Source: Marsupella aquatica | Taxonomy: Eukaryota > Plantae > Marchantiophyta | NCBI GenBank assembly: GCA_973895155.1 | Contig: OZ316893.1 | Location: 930,860 to 994,859, forward strand | Reading direction: 5' to 3' | DNA: 64,000 nt | Part shown: piece by piece, positions 1 through 14,547 of the stretch | Position numbering within the stretch: position 1 is the stretch's first letter | Layout: every line of letters starts with the position of its first letter | Notes under the pieces: generated by a model | The model's database searches: none | Seen by the model: only the letters and a program-made list of their open reading frames with translations | What the model was told of the DNA's origin: nothing | Program-made: the position numbers and the translations under genes

Positions 1-3000
1 CTTGCGTCATCCAGACCCATCTCCAATGTCATGACATCATGACAAATAGGTACATGTAGGCCCCCCCGAAATACCACACGAAATCTGTTTTAGAATTCAC
101 AATTTGAATACTACGGACTTATTTCCGTCAAGTGAAGCAATAGGTTATAATCTATCCAGTAATAAAACGTTTAAATATTGGACTATGCTTGTGTTAGAGT
201 GCTTTTGTAGAGATGGGCATGGGGAGTACGTGTCCAGTGAGATATTGAAGTGCAGAAGCACAGATATTCAGGCTAGCAAAAGTATAGTTCATGCCCTCGA
301 GAAGAGACTGGTCCAGGACTACAGGGACAATCCTTTTTTTGTTTTTGGTTTTTGTGGAGGTAAAAGGCCTTATAGCAAGGCATGGGGCAAAAATCACCTT
401 GCGCACAAAAACCAACAAAGGGGGCCCTTCGAGCCAGACTCCAAAGACCCCACCCTAACCAGGCCAAAAAGCCCAATGACGCTTCTTGTATCTCCTACTA
501 GTCTCACCAGTGTCAGAGCAGTCGGTCCGGGTGTCCCTGATGTTCCAAGTGGAGTGAAGCTGGATAAGGCCAATGCTGGCATAGTAACTACTGTGCACTC
601 TATTGTTGTTACTGTTGTCTAAGTGACTATGTGTTTCTACCACTTGCCCCATGCACAATGTTCAGTGTCTTGCCTGCTTAGCCGGGCAATGCTGCATCAG
701 AGTGTGCTTGCTGCCCCGTGAAGACCAAAATCACGGTTCCTGATCATTATGTGAAATATATTTTTCTTTGCATGTGCTACACTTCTGCACTTGCATTTGA
801 TTCCACTTAAATTTAACAAATACCATGCAATCCCGTATGCAATAGCCAAAAAGAAATTATTCACCTATACATCACTACCAGACAAAGGAGGAAACATGTT
901 GCAAGATTAGCATGCTGGGCCTCCCTCGTTATGGCTAATTATAATCCAGAAAGTGCTCAGGCTTTGCTAGTGACCACCAGCATGGAACAAGGGCAATGGC
1001 CCATGAATCAAAAACAATGTTTGACTTGTAGTCAATGGAGGCAAAAGAGTTATCAAACAATAAGTGTTGGACAATGGCATCATAAGGAAGCCATGGTAAG
1101 ACATTGAGGATTATTCCTATTCTAGAGTTAGAGGACTTGGTGCTTAAGGATACAAAGTCTGAAGCAAAGGAGTCTGCTAGTGAGTCAACCTCTCCACACA
1201 GAGATGAAGAACCAAAACCCAACTGTGGTGCAGAAGGGAGTCAGTGCCACCCTAGCAAAGGTAGTATAGTCGACTGTGTATGTTTTTCACACCAGACCAC
1301 ACCTCTGAACAAGTCTTCGGGTGGGATGAGTTATGCGGAAGGTATGGGAAGCATTTGCAACCGTTGCCGGAAATGATAACCCAGTGAAACATTTTCCTGC
1401 CATAAAAGTAATTGGTAGTTCCTCCGCCACTCCACCCCAGTTGCCTTGTGGTGGTTGAGCTCATGACCTGTGTGTTGTGAGGCTCATGCCTTTGACACCC
1501 CACCAGCCTCAAATCACATGAAGCAACTATATGCTTCTAGTCAACTTAAGACTTGCAAGCAAATTTTAATGGATGGTAACCAGTTTGTCAATGCTCCTTA
1601 ATTTGAGACAAGTTGTAAGTCGTGTGCGACTCACGAGTATAGGAGCCATGTGAGGATTGCCTTGTGCACAAACAGAAACATGACTTACAATTACAGAACA
1701 TAAGCTATACATTGAAGTCTACAAAAGACAAGCACTCAATTTTGAAATGGATGATGGACTTTGCTTGAGGGCATTGATAGTTCCAAGTACACAATCCATG
1801 AGGCCTTTGGGCACTTTGATTCTATTATTGTTTTCATAAGGAAAGCTTTTGTTGTCTTGTGTGGCCTAAGGTAATAGCAACCCAGTACAGCACATCGATT
1901 TCTCCATGAGAGAAATGAGCTTATCAATTCCAGGTTCATCATTTTGTGAATGTAACAGACAAATCTCAATGCCAATCAGGTTTATGCACCACACTCAAGT
2001 TTTAAAACAACGGTGTCCCACTTTGGGGCTGCCACGTTAAGCTTCAGCTGATTTCCCCCAGGTTCACCAATGCTCAAACTGTGCGTTGTGTTTGCCTTTG
2101 CCTTTGCCTGCTGGATGGTTGGTACTCAAACATTGGCGACCGATTATCTAGTTGCTGTTGTGGTTTGTCCTCTTTGTTGGAGGTCCTTGCTCCCCTCCTT
2201 GAGTAATGTGTTGTATTGGAAACTTCTTTGTCAATATTCCATGCAAAATGCATGAATACCTAGTCCATCCATGCAAAGTAATACAAATATGATTCTAGCA
2301 TGTCCTTGGGTTTTAATTTTGTCAATATTCCAATGCAACCTTTGATATTTCACGTACATTACCATTGAAAATGCATTGCTACATGCAGTACACCAAATAA
2401 ATTACAGGTTGCTTTAGTAAAGGTGAGTCTTCGTCCTCTTCCCATTTTGGTGCCCATTGCTTTATTTAAAGATTGTTGGTCAGAGCAACTTGGCGCTGGA
2501 CATGAAATATCAATCCTCGTACAGGCCAAATTGCCAAGAGAGAGTTACATGCATGGAGTTCAATGAGCTAAGACTTTCTAGGTATGTCTAGCTTTTAATG
2601 CATGTCATTGGACGTGCTTGGTTGTCTATCCAATGCACGTCTCTCTTGTTGCCATTCCTGAGTGCTGGACCACTCGCTGCACTGATCCAAATGCTCAAAA
2701 GAAAACTCAAAAGAAGCTTTGGACAAAGTGGACGCTCAGTTTGCTCACCAGCTGAGATTATCAACAATATTCATTGGAGTTACAAGGCATGAAACAACCC
2801 CTAGCTTCACAAAATCGATATCTATCTTCACCAAGAACATGAGATGAAAGCTAGGTTGGTTGCTAGAAAGCGGGCTGGAGGTTACTTTGTTATGGATGTG
2901 TGTGGCCTGGAGGTTACTTTGTTGCGGATGTGTGTGTGTGCTTTACTGTATTCTTTGTTTGACAATTGTGTTTCCCATTCGACTGTGTGAGAGAAAGCGA

Positions 3001-3578
3001 GAGAGCCCGAGTTTAACTTTGGATGGGACAAAAAACTATTGGGGTCTTGAGCTTAACGTGGGACAGAAGCTTAGAGTAGGTCAACGATGATGCCTAAAGG
3101 AGGATGGACAGGTGGAGGGTCTACTGTTGTAAAATGGTGCAATGAAGACACGTGGCAAGGCATATCTCATGGCAACGGAATAGGAAATAAGGCATTTCTT
3201 GATTGGCGGTGACCAAATGAGAACTCGCCCACCTTTTGCACTATTGCACAGGTCGATGGTTGATGAGTGGAAGACTCAAGGCCTGTAAAAAAATCTTACC
3301 ATAGAGCAAACCCATCAGTAGACTATCCTGCAAACTTTAAACTCCAAAATCTAGAACCGTCTCCCAACTGAAAAAGCATTAGTAGATGATTGAAGCTCCT
3401 GTAATTAATTCTGCCACATAAAACCTGTCGGCATCTCAATCGCCGCTGACGCCTGTAGACTGGAGCAGTGGAGCGGGAACAAACATTCAGAACGCATGCT
3501 GCTTCACTGAGTAGAATTCAACAGAATTTATAGATAAAAACAAACATTCATCAGGCTCTCGAATGTAGTGGGAAAAAG

Positions 3579-3740
3579 GAGAGAAATACTTGATGGACCC
3601 CCCAAAATGCAAAGTGTTTCTTGATGGACTATGAATGATCCTTGATAGATATCAAATCAATGTACCCAAAAGTTCATGGGGTCTCATGGGGTCTACCAAG
3701 TAAGACATCTCAATTTAGAAGTCCATCAAGTATATCTCTC
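3579..3740. mobile_element. Small Mutator-like MITE (162 bp)
   Basis: 20-bp TIRs with 1 mismatch (GAGAGAAATACTTGATGGAC at 3579-3598; GTCCATCAAGTATATCTCTC at 3721-3740). Flanked by a near-identical 10-bp direct repeat, TGGGAAAAAG / TGGGAAACAG, consistent with a MULE-size TSD. Confidence 0.65.
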
Positions 3741-6700
3741 TGGGAAACAGCCTATTTTTAAAGGATTTAGTGGTGAATGTACACTGCATGAAGGAGAAGA
3801 TGCTCAAAAGATTCCTTATTCAATTATTTTCATGACCATCAGATCTCCTTAGATTTAAGGCTGACCGTTAGATTCTGGCTAATGGGGCCTGGAATTAGGT
3901 GGAACACTGGCTAATGAGACAGAAAAATTGTAGAAATTTTTTGCCAAAATTGGCAAAAGATTTGTGGGGAGGTGGAATTTGGCAAATTTTTGCCACTAAA
4001 AAAAATACTGGTGGGAAAGGTCCTCAAACCAAACCCAAGAGTCCAAGCAACAGGAGTAACATTTCTAATCAAGGTGTAGTCAACACAACTGCACCAGCTT
4101 GCTAATCACATAATGAACCTCCGGAATCACCTACACCAATGTATGTCCAGCCATTGACTTGGAACAACAGAAGGATCTTGGACAAGTATCTTTTTTGGCT
4201 CCTTGAAACTTTCTGCCATACGAGAAGACCCAAAACTGAAGCCCAAAACTGAGGCCCGTGCAAATGGACCTCCACTTTGTCTATGAAGCACAGATGCACT
4301 GGCAAAGCTTGGATGGAATTGCTCAGAACATTTAATTTGACTCAGATAACGTTGTTTACAATTTAGATTGAAATGTTACCCATAATTGGCCGTCTAATCC
4401 TTCACGGTCAATTTCAATTATGTTACCAAACTGGTCTCCCCAGTAACTTTGACAACTTGACTACCTTGAACCTTAAAAACGTTAAGACATCATGCCATTA
4501 CTCAGGAACACTTGTTTTCAGTTGACCCACATGATTTAGAACATCTGAACAGCTGTGTTCATTGGAAACGAAACAAATTATTTCAAAAAAGTCTCAAACC
4601 TTGTTAGGCAATAGATTGGACATCAGAGACCATGCTGGAAAAATTTCAGTTCAAAAGAAGATCCAGAAGCTCTTCAAATAAATTGATCCAATCTGCCAAA
4701 TTCAAAGGTAAGGGTTAAGTAGCTAACAGTTGGCAACTTTGACAACCTTGTAGAGCAAGTATTCAAGAAGTCACACACATTTTGAAAATGTCCTATGTAC
4801 TTGTGGTTTTTGTGATGATTGGATAATTTTTCATCTTATTGATTTTTTAAGGAAAACCTGTGAAACCCCACTTATAAAGGGAACATCCAATCACAACATT
4901 TGAACTCTGTACCTATGGGTCTCCACTTAAGTGACTTATCACACAAACATGCCTCTATGAGCAATCATTGGACAATTTTGTTAAGTGGCGGGCTCGAATA
5001 CATGATATGGGAGCGATGGAGTGGTGCAAATGTTTTCAATCACACCTTTCATCTGATTGATCAATTTTTCTTGCTTTCAATTGGGCTTGCAATTGGGCTG
5101 AGATTGGAGCTTCAAGACAAAGAAACTCCATTATTCTCTGGCAATATTGCTGAGCCATTACACTAAAATTGGGGCAATTTTCTAAAACCATGATGATGTC
5201 TTCACTACTTTCCCCACAAGGCAGTGAAGTTGTCAATTGCGGTCGCCGTATGATCCGTGACCAATTTCATTTTTCTCTTTGGTGTAAAAGCAGTGATCAC
5301 TTTACGTAGTCCATGGGAATGGGCAGGGACAACCTCTGGGTCCATCCAGGCTTTAGATTGTAAGGTAGGAATAACAATGATGCAATAAAGTAAGTGCATA
5401 ATATTCTGGTGTATAGTTTAATGCCTGTGTTGAACAGGAGTGGATAAGGTCCAAATGATTGTCTGTGCCAAATTGGCAACATTCCCACTCAAGCTTTTGC
5501 CAAAATTGAACTTATCTTCTCATACTAGATCTCTCCCTCTAAGTGGAATCTTACAATACATTTTTTTCTTACTTAGCCACTAGTTAAGTTGTTTTATTGT
5601 CAGTGTTTAATTGACCCCATCGAACCCAGTCTAGATGTCACAAGTTCAAGGCCTTCCTGATGTCCAGCCAAAATGGTGTTCAAGTAAGGTAACCCGTGGC
5701 CCAGACAAGGTTATAGGCTGTAATACCCAAGGGTGGTGAGTCAGACAGGGTGGCCTGCCAAGTTTAGCATGTTAAACCCCGAGTCTCTTTTTCACAAATC
5801 ATTTGGAAATCTTGACGCTAGGTGAGGCTGGCTGGGGATCGATCTGAGAAGTGGAACCCTCTGGCCAGGCTGGCCAGGGGTTTAAGCTGGGGACCTCCAA
5901 TCAAATGAAGGAGGGGGCCGGGTAAGGCGTAGAACAAGCCCTGAGAACAACCCGGAACCTGAGAAGCCTAAGACTTTGTAGGAACAAAGTACCAACGGCT
6001 ATTATTATTAGCCTTTGTTCCAAAGAAGCACTGGCTGACAAATTAAAAAAGGCTAATAAGCCACAAAGAAGGACCCGCTGGAAGTGCTCAAACCAGTGGT
6101 TCTACCATAGCTGGCAAGAGAAGGAGTTTAGCTTACACAGAGAGGGCAAGGGCCATCTCCAAGGGTCTAAATCAAAACTATGTAACCAAATAAATAAGTA
6201 TATCACTCACCTATTGAAGAGCAAAAGGTACCAAACTGGAAACACATCCCAGAGGTAGGAGGCCCAATAAAGGGGAGAAAATAAGGAAACAACCCATGAT
6301 GGCCGAGATCTGGAAACTAAAATCCCTCCTGAGCTCTAAAATGACAAGTCAATTAAATTCTGAAACCAGTGCACCGGCACGATGGGGAAGTCAGATCCTG
6401 TCTGTCTGGTTATTATTGTAAGCTTTATTTCTATTAAATTGATTTGGTTTTCCTTGGAAGTCTTTCCAGTTTGTCGAGCTATTATAAGCTCCAATGGGAT
6501 CTAGATCCGGAATTTTCTGCTGGGTTTGGATTATAAAATCGCATGGATCTAGAAAGAGACCTCTACTTTCATCCTAGTATTCTACAGCTAATCTATTCCA
6601 GCCAAAAGTTTGGATGGAGGCATGGGAGCTTATTGATGTCTGAAGTTCTGAACAAAGGGACGGGCAGAGGTGTAGGCAGTCAGGCGATCTCACGCTCTGT

Positions 6701-9700
6701 GCTATGTGACGAGATCTGGGAGGAATGCAAGAGGGAGCAAGGGCAGAAAGGGAATTGAATATGGAAAATTGAGTTAGTAATCAATGATTAAGAGGCGGAT
6801 CCAACGGGAAGACAGACAGGATAGAGCCGAAGGAGGCCGGAGATGAATAACTTTCCCACCCCCCATAATTGCAACAACCAACTCAACAATTCTGGCCCCT
6901 TAAATTCGTTTCATTTAATTTTCTTGTGTTTTCTATTCTCCCCCCTCCCCCCACCCCAAAACCCCAACACAGAAAATTCAACGCAAGCCAAATCTGACCT
7001 CCTAACAAACAAATAAACAAGTAAATTAAAACACAAAAGCAACCAAACAAACAAACAAATTAACTGTCAACCAGCAACTGCCTCGATCCAAACAGAAACA
7101 AATGAACGGTGTAAAATGGGTGAAAGGGTTTCATGCTTCTTTGTTGCATGCCTTCATAGTAAAGGAAATACTGTTAGCTGCCACTAATACGACACTCACA
7201 GTCATACCCACTAAGGCTTACCGAAGGTATTGCATGTATGCCTGCCCTTACTGTACCACATGTACCGCTAGTATCAGATGTACCCAGCCATCAGTTGCCC
7301 TTCAAGTACCTGCACTCCCTTGACGTTTTCTTACACATTTGTATAAGCTTAATGTTGCCCCTTTTTCAGACAATCCTACCAATTTTTTTAAGCTTATAGT
7401 TAGCCCCCTTTTGACAATCTCAACATTCTTACACATTTGTCTAAGCTTATACTTATCCCCTTTTTCACACAATTCCACTATCCAGGAAATTGATAAATAC
7501 ATTATATGATTATGATGAATTCCTGCCAAATGCCACTTTTTAAACAATGCTCTTTCCCTCGTGGCAGGATGGTATATTCTAGAGTAAGAAGATGTTTAGT
7601 TGTTAGGTTCTGATTGGGTGTGTACTTCTTGGTGAGTGCAGTCTTCCTAAACGGAGGACTAGAGTCAACAGTGGTTTGTTACGTATTATTTTAGAGTGGG
7701 CCAAAGATGATTGATCATTGGAAGGACGTTCGCTCAGAAGGTAAGAAGCCTGACAGCCTGCAGGATCTTACCGTAGAAGCTGTACAGGACATCCATTCCA
7801 TTATTGTACAGAAACATACACCGTCTCAACGTTAGAGTAGCACTTTACAATACCTTTGCATTCTCCGCACATGAATTGGCTCCAAGAGAAGGTTAGATTG
7901 GTTGGTGAGTAGCTGCCGCTGATGAGGTGATGGGTTTCTTTTTTAATTATGGTGCGGAGGAGCGACGTACGTATGGGTAGTATCCTTTTTAGGGTAGATT
8001 GGTCAATGATGCAACAGAGAGATTATTATCGAGCTTTCAATTGAGTATCATCGTCATTTGGTAGAGCCGTCAGTCCAAACAACAGAATCGATTTGTATTC
8101 CCTTCCAGGTTAGACATTAGATGATTAGACTGCATACGGATATCGTAGTATTGGGGGTAGATTGTTCCATAATGCGATAAAGAGGTGGTATCGGTATCAT
8201 CGAACTCTCCACCGAATATCATAATGATTGTGAGAGCCGACGGTCCAAACAACAACAGAATTGGATTACGATGAGAAACACCGTCGTCCGTTTGGTGGGA
8301 GCTGGGGGAGGATTTTCTGTAGCGGACGATAACCAACTTCGCACTTTCGTTGACCGCCGAAGAAATTTCGACCAATTGCATGGCCATTCCTCCATTCCTG
8401 CCCTTCGTTCCCAACGACCACTTTTGGCCGTTTCCTCCTGAATATTACTGTTCCATTGGCGACATTGGCTGATAATGGCTGTTAGTGTATGCTGCTCCTG
8501 TAGTCCTGTAGTCCTGTGGCATCATAATTATCAATACTGCGTCCTAGGGTAGCCTAGGGCACCCAACTGCTTCGCACCCAATAATAGGAATTGTGCTTTC
8601 GCTGGTGAGCACAGAAAAATGATTGGAAATAATCAGAAGGATGTATTCTTCTTTGATTGATAGAATATAAAAAAGTTTTTGAAGGCAAAAAACAGAAACA
8701 ATCAGAAGGGAATATCAGGCAGGTTTGGTCAAATTTGGTGAATAAAGAGCACCAAGATTACAAAATGATCATGGTATCTAAGGACGATTATTCTTCTAGG
8801 GGGGCAGGAGCATTCTTTTTACCAAACCTCATGCTCTTGCTGTACGTTAGAATGAACATGTTATGCCTGCACAACATTACGCCCCTATATCAGTGCTCAA
8901 CCTACCTAGCTCAACCTACCTAGAGCAGTCCCAGTGGTGCTAACCAAACACCCTTGCCATTATTTAGGAATTTAACAAGTTGAGTTGGCACCCAAGCGTC
9001 AAGATTTGTGAAGCGCCACCCCACCTTGTCTTTCACTGCAAGACAAAAACTGATGCAGCTCTTGGATTGCCAGACATTGGATCAAAATTGAGAAGGCCAA
9101 TAACACTTGTTGATAGGTCTTTGTGGGCTGTGTCCCCCCTAGGTTGTGGAGCACAGGACTGCTGGCCTTAGGAGAAAAAAATGCCAAAGCGGCACCATTT
9201 AGGTGCGCAAACCTGGGCTAGATGGGGTTCCAAAACTGGGCCCAGTGGCTGGTCCTACTATACTCACTCCCACCACACCCAATTGCAGACCTGTGGGAGT
9301 GCACTTAGTAGTTTGAGAACCTGGAGAAGAGGTTTGGAGTACTTTGAGGGAAATTCCCATAAACCATAACTTGTGTAGAAGAGCCTTGGGTTACCAAAGT
9401 CCGCACAGAACATATGATCTGGAGCTCAAAAATAACCCTCTCTTGAGATATATGCACGTATGGTGACAGAACCTGACTGTCCTAATAACCCTAATGATAA
9501 AAAATGCTGTTTTTCACCATCACTATTTGCCACAAACCCAATTGCTGTCAAGTCACAAAACAGTAAATTGAGCTCAAATGTAAAAAAGACTCTGTATTTC
9601 TTTTGTTTGCTTTGCAGAAACAGCACCCAAACTCTCTCGCAAATATTTTCCCGTTTTGTGAGAAGAACAGCTCTTTGCTTCCTTCCTAAAACTGGACAAC

Positions 9701-11879
9701 ACACACACACACAAAATAATTATTTATGGGCATGTTTAAGTAAAATTCCACCAAAAGACCCCGTGATATGATGTGACTAGACAGAAGTAGACCAGCCTTT
9801 TGATGGCGAATAAAGTTTGCTACAGTTGATTTCACCTCTTGGCTGCTTTGGCCAAAAATTGGCCACCCAACCACAGACCCGATTGCCGAAAATCAAACAT
9901 CATCCATAAATCTTGAGATTTTGATGGGCCATAAAATAATCGAAGTAAACTCGACAAAGAAGATTCTGAACATCGCTTCTCGAGTTCTCCTTTCTACCAG
10001 TGACATTCGCCACCGTGGCCAAAAAGAGAAACCCTGAAAAATTCCGCTGGGCTAGATAATAGAACAGACTTTCTCAATCCATCTATGCAGGCAACCTAGT
10101 GTATGGAGGTAGCGACATGACCTTAGACATGATGTAATAACAGGGCGTTTTATCCGCATCTCGTTCCCTTTTCCTCTACGGCATGATAGCACATCATGCC
10201 AGCATGGCTTCTTTTGATATACGCAGACCCATCCGTCCACCCATACGTGCCAGCATGATGGATATGAGCCAAGCATCCGGCTGGCGACGTGGACACGAAT
10301 CACTGGGTTGCTTTAGCCAGTTTGTTTTATCACATCTATCCACATCTGTGCCACCTTTATAAACATAGGAATAGATATACATGAGTTGGACCTTATCTGC
10401 TACTGTAGAGGAGAAGAATCTACTGTGGGTGTTGAATTCTGAAGTGCCCATCATAATGTGGCCCTTCACAAGCTTGGGGGCCGAACGCCTTATGAGTAAA
10501 TCCTATTCAATCCAGAACTCCAATCTTAGAATGGGCTCGCCCCCTTGGATGTCCCACTTGCAAACATTACTACTGTAGATGTGTAACATTAGGGGGTCTC
10601 AAAACTCAAAGCTGAGAAATTAATTTAAGAATAAAGTATTTTTTTTGGTTTTTTTGTTGACCAGTCTCTACGGTTGATGGTAGTAGCATAAGTCCAATCC
10701 TTATGGCAAAAGTTATGGAAAACTAATTCTGTGGGCCATAAATTTTTGTGTCCTTAAACCATAACGACGGAGTTAAGCTCCACAAAATTGTAACCTTTCA
10801 GAGGCCCTATTAGAGTCAACTGGCATGAGAGTTGCCCCTACTTTTTCCTGCTACTCAACTGCACACATGGCATACAATAAGTACTCATTGATACTATTGT
10901 GTATACTGCTCCTTTGTCCAGCAGGGCTTATGCCATACAAAGGTAGAACCCTAAGGGTGGGGAGGATCAGTACACAGTCTGAGGGAGGAGTTATATATGA
11001 TGTAAAGGATACAGTCTCGACCATCTGTAACCAGTAGTAGTGAGAGGTAATTTGGACCATTGACGCAATTGGAATTAACTGAGGTTAATCATGGGTTAAT
11101 CAGTTGAATCTGTATACATTCATGGCAAAACAGAAGTGATGGCCAACTTTTGTCCTCTTGTTCCTGTAAAGCCCCTCAAGACTTATATGCACCACCTGAC
11201 CACCTTTTTGGGACATTTGACACAGACATGTGGATAATGTGGGTAAACTCAAACGTTGGTCTATTCTTGGCTTTTTAATTTTGTAAAGCCCCCAAAATAT
11301 GACATGCACTACCTCATCACCTTTTTGAGGCGGTCTAAATAGACCCGTGTATCAAAAGCGGAAAACACAAGGGATGATCAAATTTTCCTTGAAATGCTGG
11401 TCAATTTGTGTTCCCTCGTTTTTGTACAGACCAGTTGTATCACCCTGCCTACCAGTCTGGATCAGGTATGGGGTATTTTCCACATGACGTAACTATAGGG
11501 CCACCTACACGTTGAGACAGTCATCCTGTAGAAGCCATTTCCGTCCACGTTCCTTACAATGAGATCGACTCTTTTCTTCGGCTCGAATGCTTGACAAGAA
11601 CTGTCAGCGGAAATCCCGTTTTACAGGTATAGAGCTTATTTTCTCTCTATCTTGACCGTCAATCCAGGGTTTGGACAGCGGAAAGCATGGAAGCGGATTT
11701 TCACAAACATAATACGATTTGAGCTTTACTCCTTCCTAAGTTCCTTGATATATATTTCTTGAAAGGCACGCCAACACATTGGGGAAGGTTGAAGACCTTT
11801 CCACGAGTCTTTTTATGTCGAACCTTGGATGCCTGGCGCCTGGCATTAAATTTTGATTGGAGGCAACCGAGGAGGGTGT

Positions 11880-13345
11880 ACTTTTGTGAAAATGTAGCAC
11901 ATCTTGGTTTGTATTTCCCAACTACTACTAGAGAGTTTGTAACAAGGGTATAGTTATTTTGTTTTTTTTTCACAAGGCAAAGGTAGGACTTGCAAGGTCC
12001 AGAAACTTTACAGTCCTTGTTCTTGGGACCCCGCAAAATATGCTGTCAGGCTTGGAGCACAAGGGGGATTGCCGAAAACACCTCTTTCATTCACATGCTC
12101 ACACTACTTGTTAAGAGCCATTTTTTAAAAGACACTTCACATGCAAGTTGGCCCTAAGGGAGACTTCGCAGTTACTGCTGGCTGCCTATCACCCATGTCA
12201 ACTATAAAGAGGCTGGTGTGTTTTTGAAGGTGTTTTCTTTCTTAGCAACGGTGTGGCCAGCGTCACCCTTTGTGAGGAGAAAATGCTGGGACATTTCTCA
12301 TCACTTTCCCTAGCTTAATTTTTGACCCTTCGGTCCCCCTATATTTAAGGATAACCGTTCAAATGTGGCTCTTCTGACTAGGTGACAAACTGGCTAAAAC
12401 TCCTTATAAAATGTTGTCGCTAAATTTTGATTTTTAGATCTCCCTAAATCTTTATATTGTGGCTCCTCTGACTAGGGGGCAACTGGCTAATGAAAGACAA
12501 AATTTTGGTAATTTTGGTCAAATGAAATAAATATTTTTCCTAGACGAAATTTCACCATTAGGTGTCCTTAGATTTGAGGATAATCAGAAGACTCTGGTTT
12601 AATGGAGTGTGGACTAGTTGAGAGATAGGCCAAACTGCCAATTCAGGATTGCAAGCAGTCCCAGAGTGAAATGTTCTTGCGTGACCCAGTTGGCAGCCAT
12701 TAAGTGCTAGACGTCAAGGACTCACGGGGATGATTAGGCACAATCATAACTGGGCAATGTTCTTGTTTCTTTGTTATAATTATTTTGTTTTCTCCGCAGG
12801 CACGAGGTGACATTCTTGTTTCTTTACTGTTTTTGCACGGGGCAATCTTCGAGAGTACAATCAACTCAGATGACGAATCGAGCGCACTTTGTGAACTTCA
12901 TCGTCCAGACCGATTGACGGTACTGTGTAGCTCCGAGAACACTCTATTCGGGAGTGTTTTTGATGTCAGTCGAAAAGCCAGATTGTAAGATTCACATTTT
13001 TCACAACCATTCATAGGATGAAACGACTTTGGGCCAACTCGAAATGTCTTTTAAAAAACGGCCCTGAACTTCAGTCGGGTGAGAATGTAAAAGAGCGAGG
13101 CGTTTCTGGCAGTACCCATCATGTGCCAAGCCTGAGGGCATATTTGTGGGGTGCCAAGGGCAAGGACACTAAAGTTTCCAAGCCTTCCAGGCTGGACCTT
13201 TAATTTGTAGCAAAAACAAAAGAAACTAGACTCTTGTTATAAACTAAACCAGATGCTTGTTACAAACTCTCTCTTAGTTGGGAAGCACAGACCAAGATTT
13301 GTGTCAGATGGTCTGATCATAGAAGTGCTACATTTTCTCGAAAGT
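11880..13345. repeat. Diverged inverted repeat pair (~11880-12060 and ~13125-13345), possible foldback/MULE relic; partial third copy at ~13530-13605
   Basis: The reverse complement of 11880-11950 (CTTGTTACAAACTCTCT...GTTGGGAA...ACCAAGAT...GTGCTACATTTTC) recurs at 13257-13340. The reverse complement of 11990-12060 matches 13125-13200. Confidence 0.55.
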
Positions 13346-14339
13346 ATTGGGAGCACAAAGGCGGCATGATCATATGCGAGTTAGCCCTTATCACTTGTGC
13401 CAGTTTTGGAAAAAAGCACATACCAACTCAATCCTTGTGGCTTACATGTGTTGTGTGCACTAAGGGACTTGTGTTTCTGCTGTGTCGTATGTGCAGCATG
13501 TTATACAGGCTGCATGAAAAGTGAACCTGCAAATTTTGTTTTATTAGCCAAACAAAGGTCAGGACCTGCAAGGGCTGGAATGTTTCCGGTCCTTGCCCTT
13601 GGGCGTCTAAGGAGTGGGATACAACATGGCAGTATCATCAATTCTGATGATGACATGTAGCAGTTTCAGGGCGACAAAGGGCCGGTAACATGCGAGTTGG
13701 CCCTTAGTCAATTCACTGGCATGATTCGGAATCTTCACAGAACCCTATGTATATAGTTAAGGTCGCCGGGTGTCTCTTTATGAGGTATTTTGGTCGACCG
13801 TATATGGTCGACCCGTGTACGCGGGGAGACATATGCGGGAGACCAAATACACGCATAAAGAGACGAGCAGGTGCCCTTAGCTTCACGTTAAGGTAGTCTA
13901 GGTGGCTCAACACTGATTAATCAACTTTGGGAAGGCACCGTATTATATTCTATCATTGACCCATGTAATGGAGATCGTATGTCAACCGTATCAAAATACA
14001 GCATAGTTTAATGGAAAATAATCAAAGTGAAATATGCTAACGTGTCATCAGCCTAAAGCCCCAAAATGCTAAAAATCACCCAGACTACCTTAACGATTTG
14101 ATAAGGAGAGAGTGAGAGAGAAGGTACGAGGAGCTAATTGGCTTAGGGATGGGCAAGGTTCAGATATGACTACCTGTGAAGACATGACTGGGGTGGGGGC
14201 AGGGGGCACAAATGATAGGCCAATTTATTTTTCTTTCTTTCTAAGTCTGAGATGCATCATAAGGCCAAACTTCAGTTCCCATGAACTTGTGTGCACAATC
14301 CTGAAAAGACCATTGCCCATCCTGATCACAGGCAAATGG

Positions 14340-14547
14340 GTCCCATTTTTGCTGACGTGGCCATGCTCTTTAAGGTGGTCTGAGAAAATTCAGCAGGCGA
14401 GTCCCTGGAAAGTTATTTATGGCTTTCAGACCCATCCTGGTCACCGGCAAATGAGTCCCATTTTTGCTGAGGTGGCCATGCTCTTGAGGGTGGTCTGAGA
14501 AACTTCAGCAGACGAGTCCCTGGAAAGTTATTTATGGCTTTCAGACT
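14340..14547. repeat. Tandem duplication of ~90 bp
   Basis: GTCCCATTTTTGCTGA...GAGTCCCTGGAAAGTTATTTATGGCTTTCAGAC occurs twice, at 14340-14431 and ~14455-14547. Confidence 0.85.

Noticed and set aside
104-622. 172-aa ORF
   Set aside because: Non-ATG start, no recognisable motif and no supporting gene structure.
900-6800. Scattered coding-like fragments, possibly old LINE or DNA-transposon remains
   Set aside because: No diagnostic motif could be read in any frame, so they are left unannotated.
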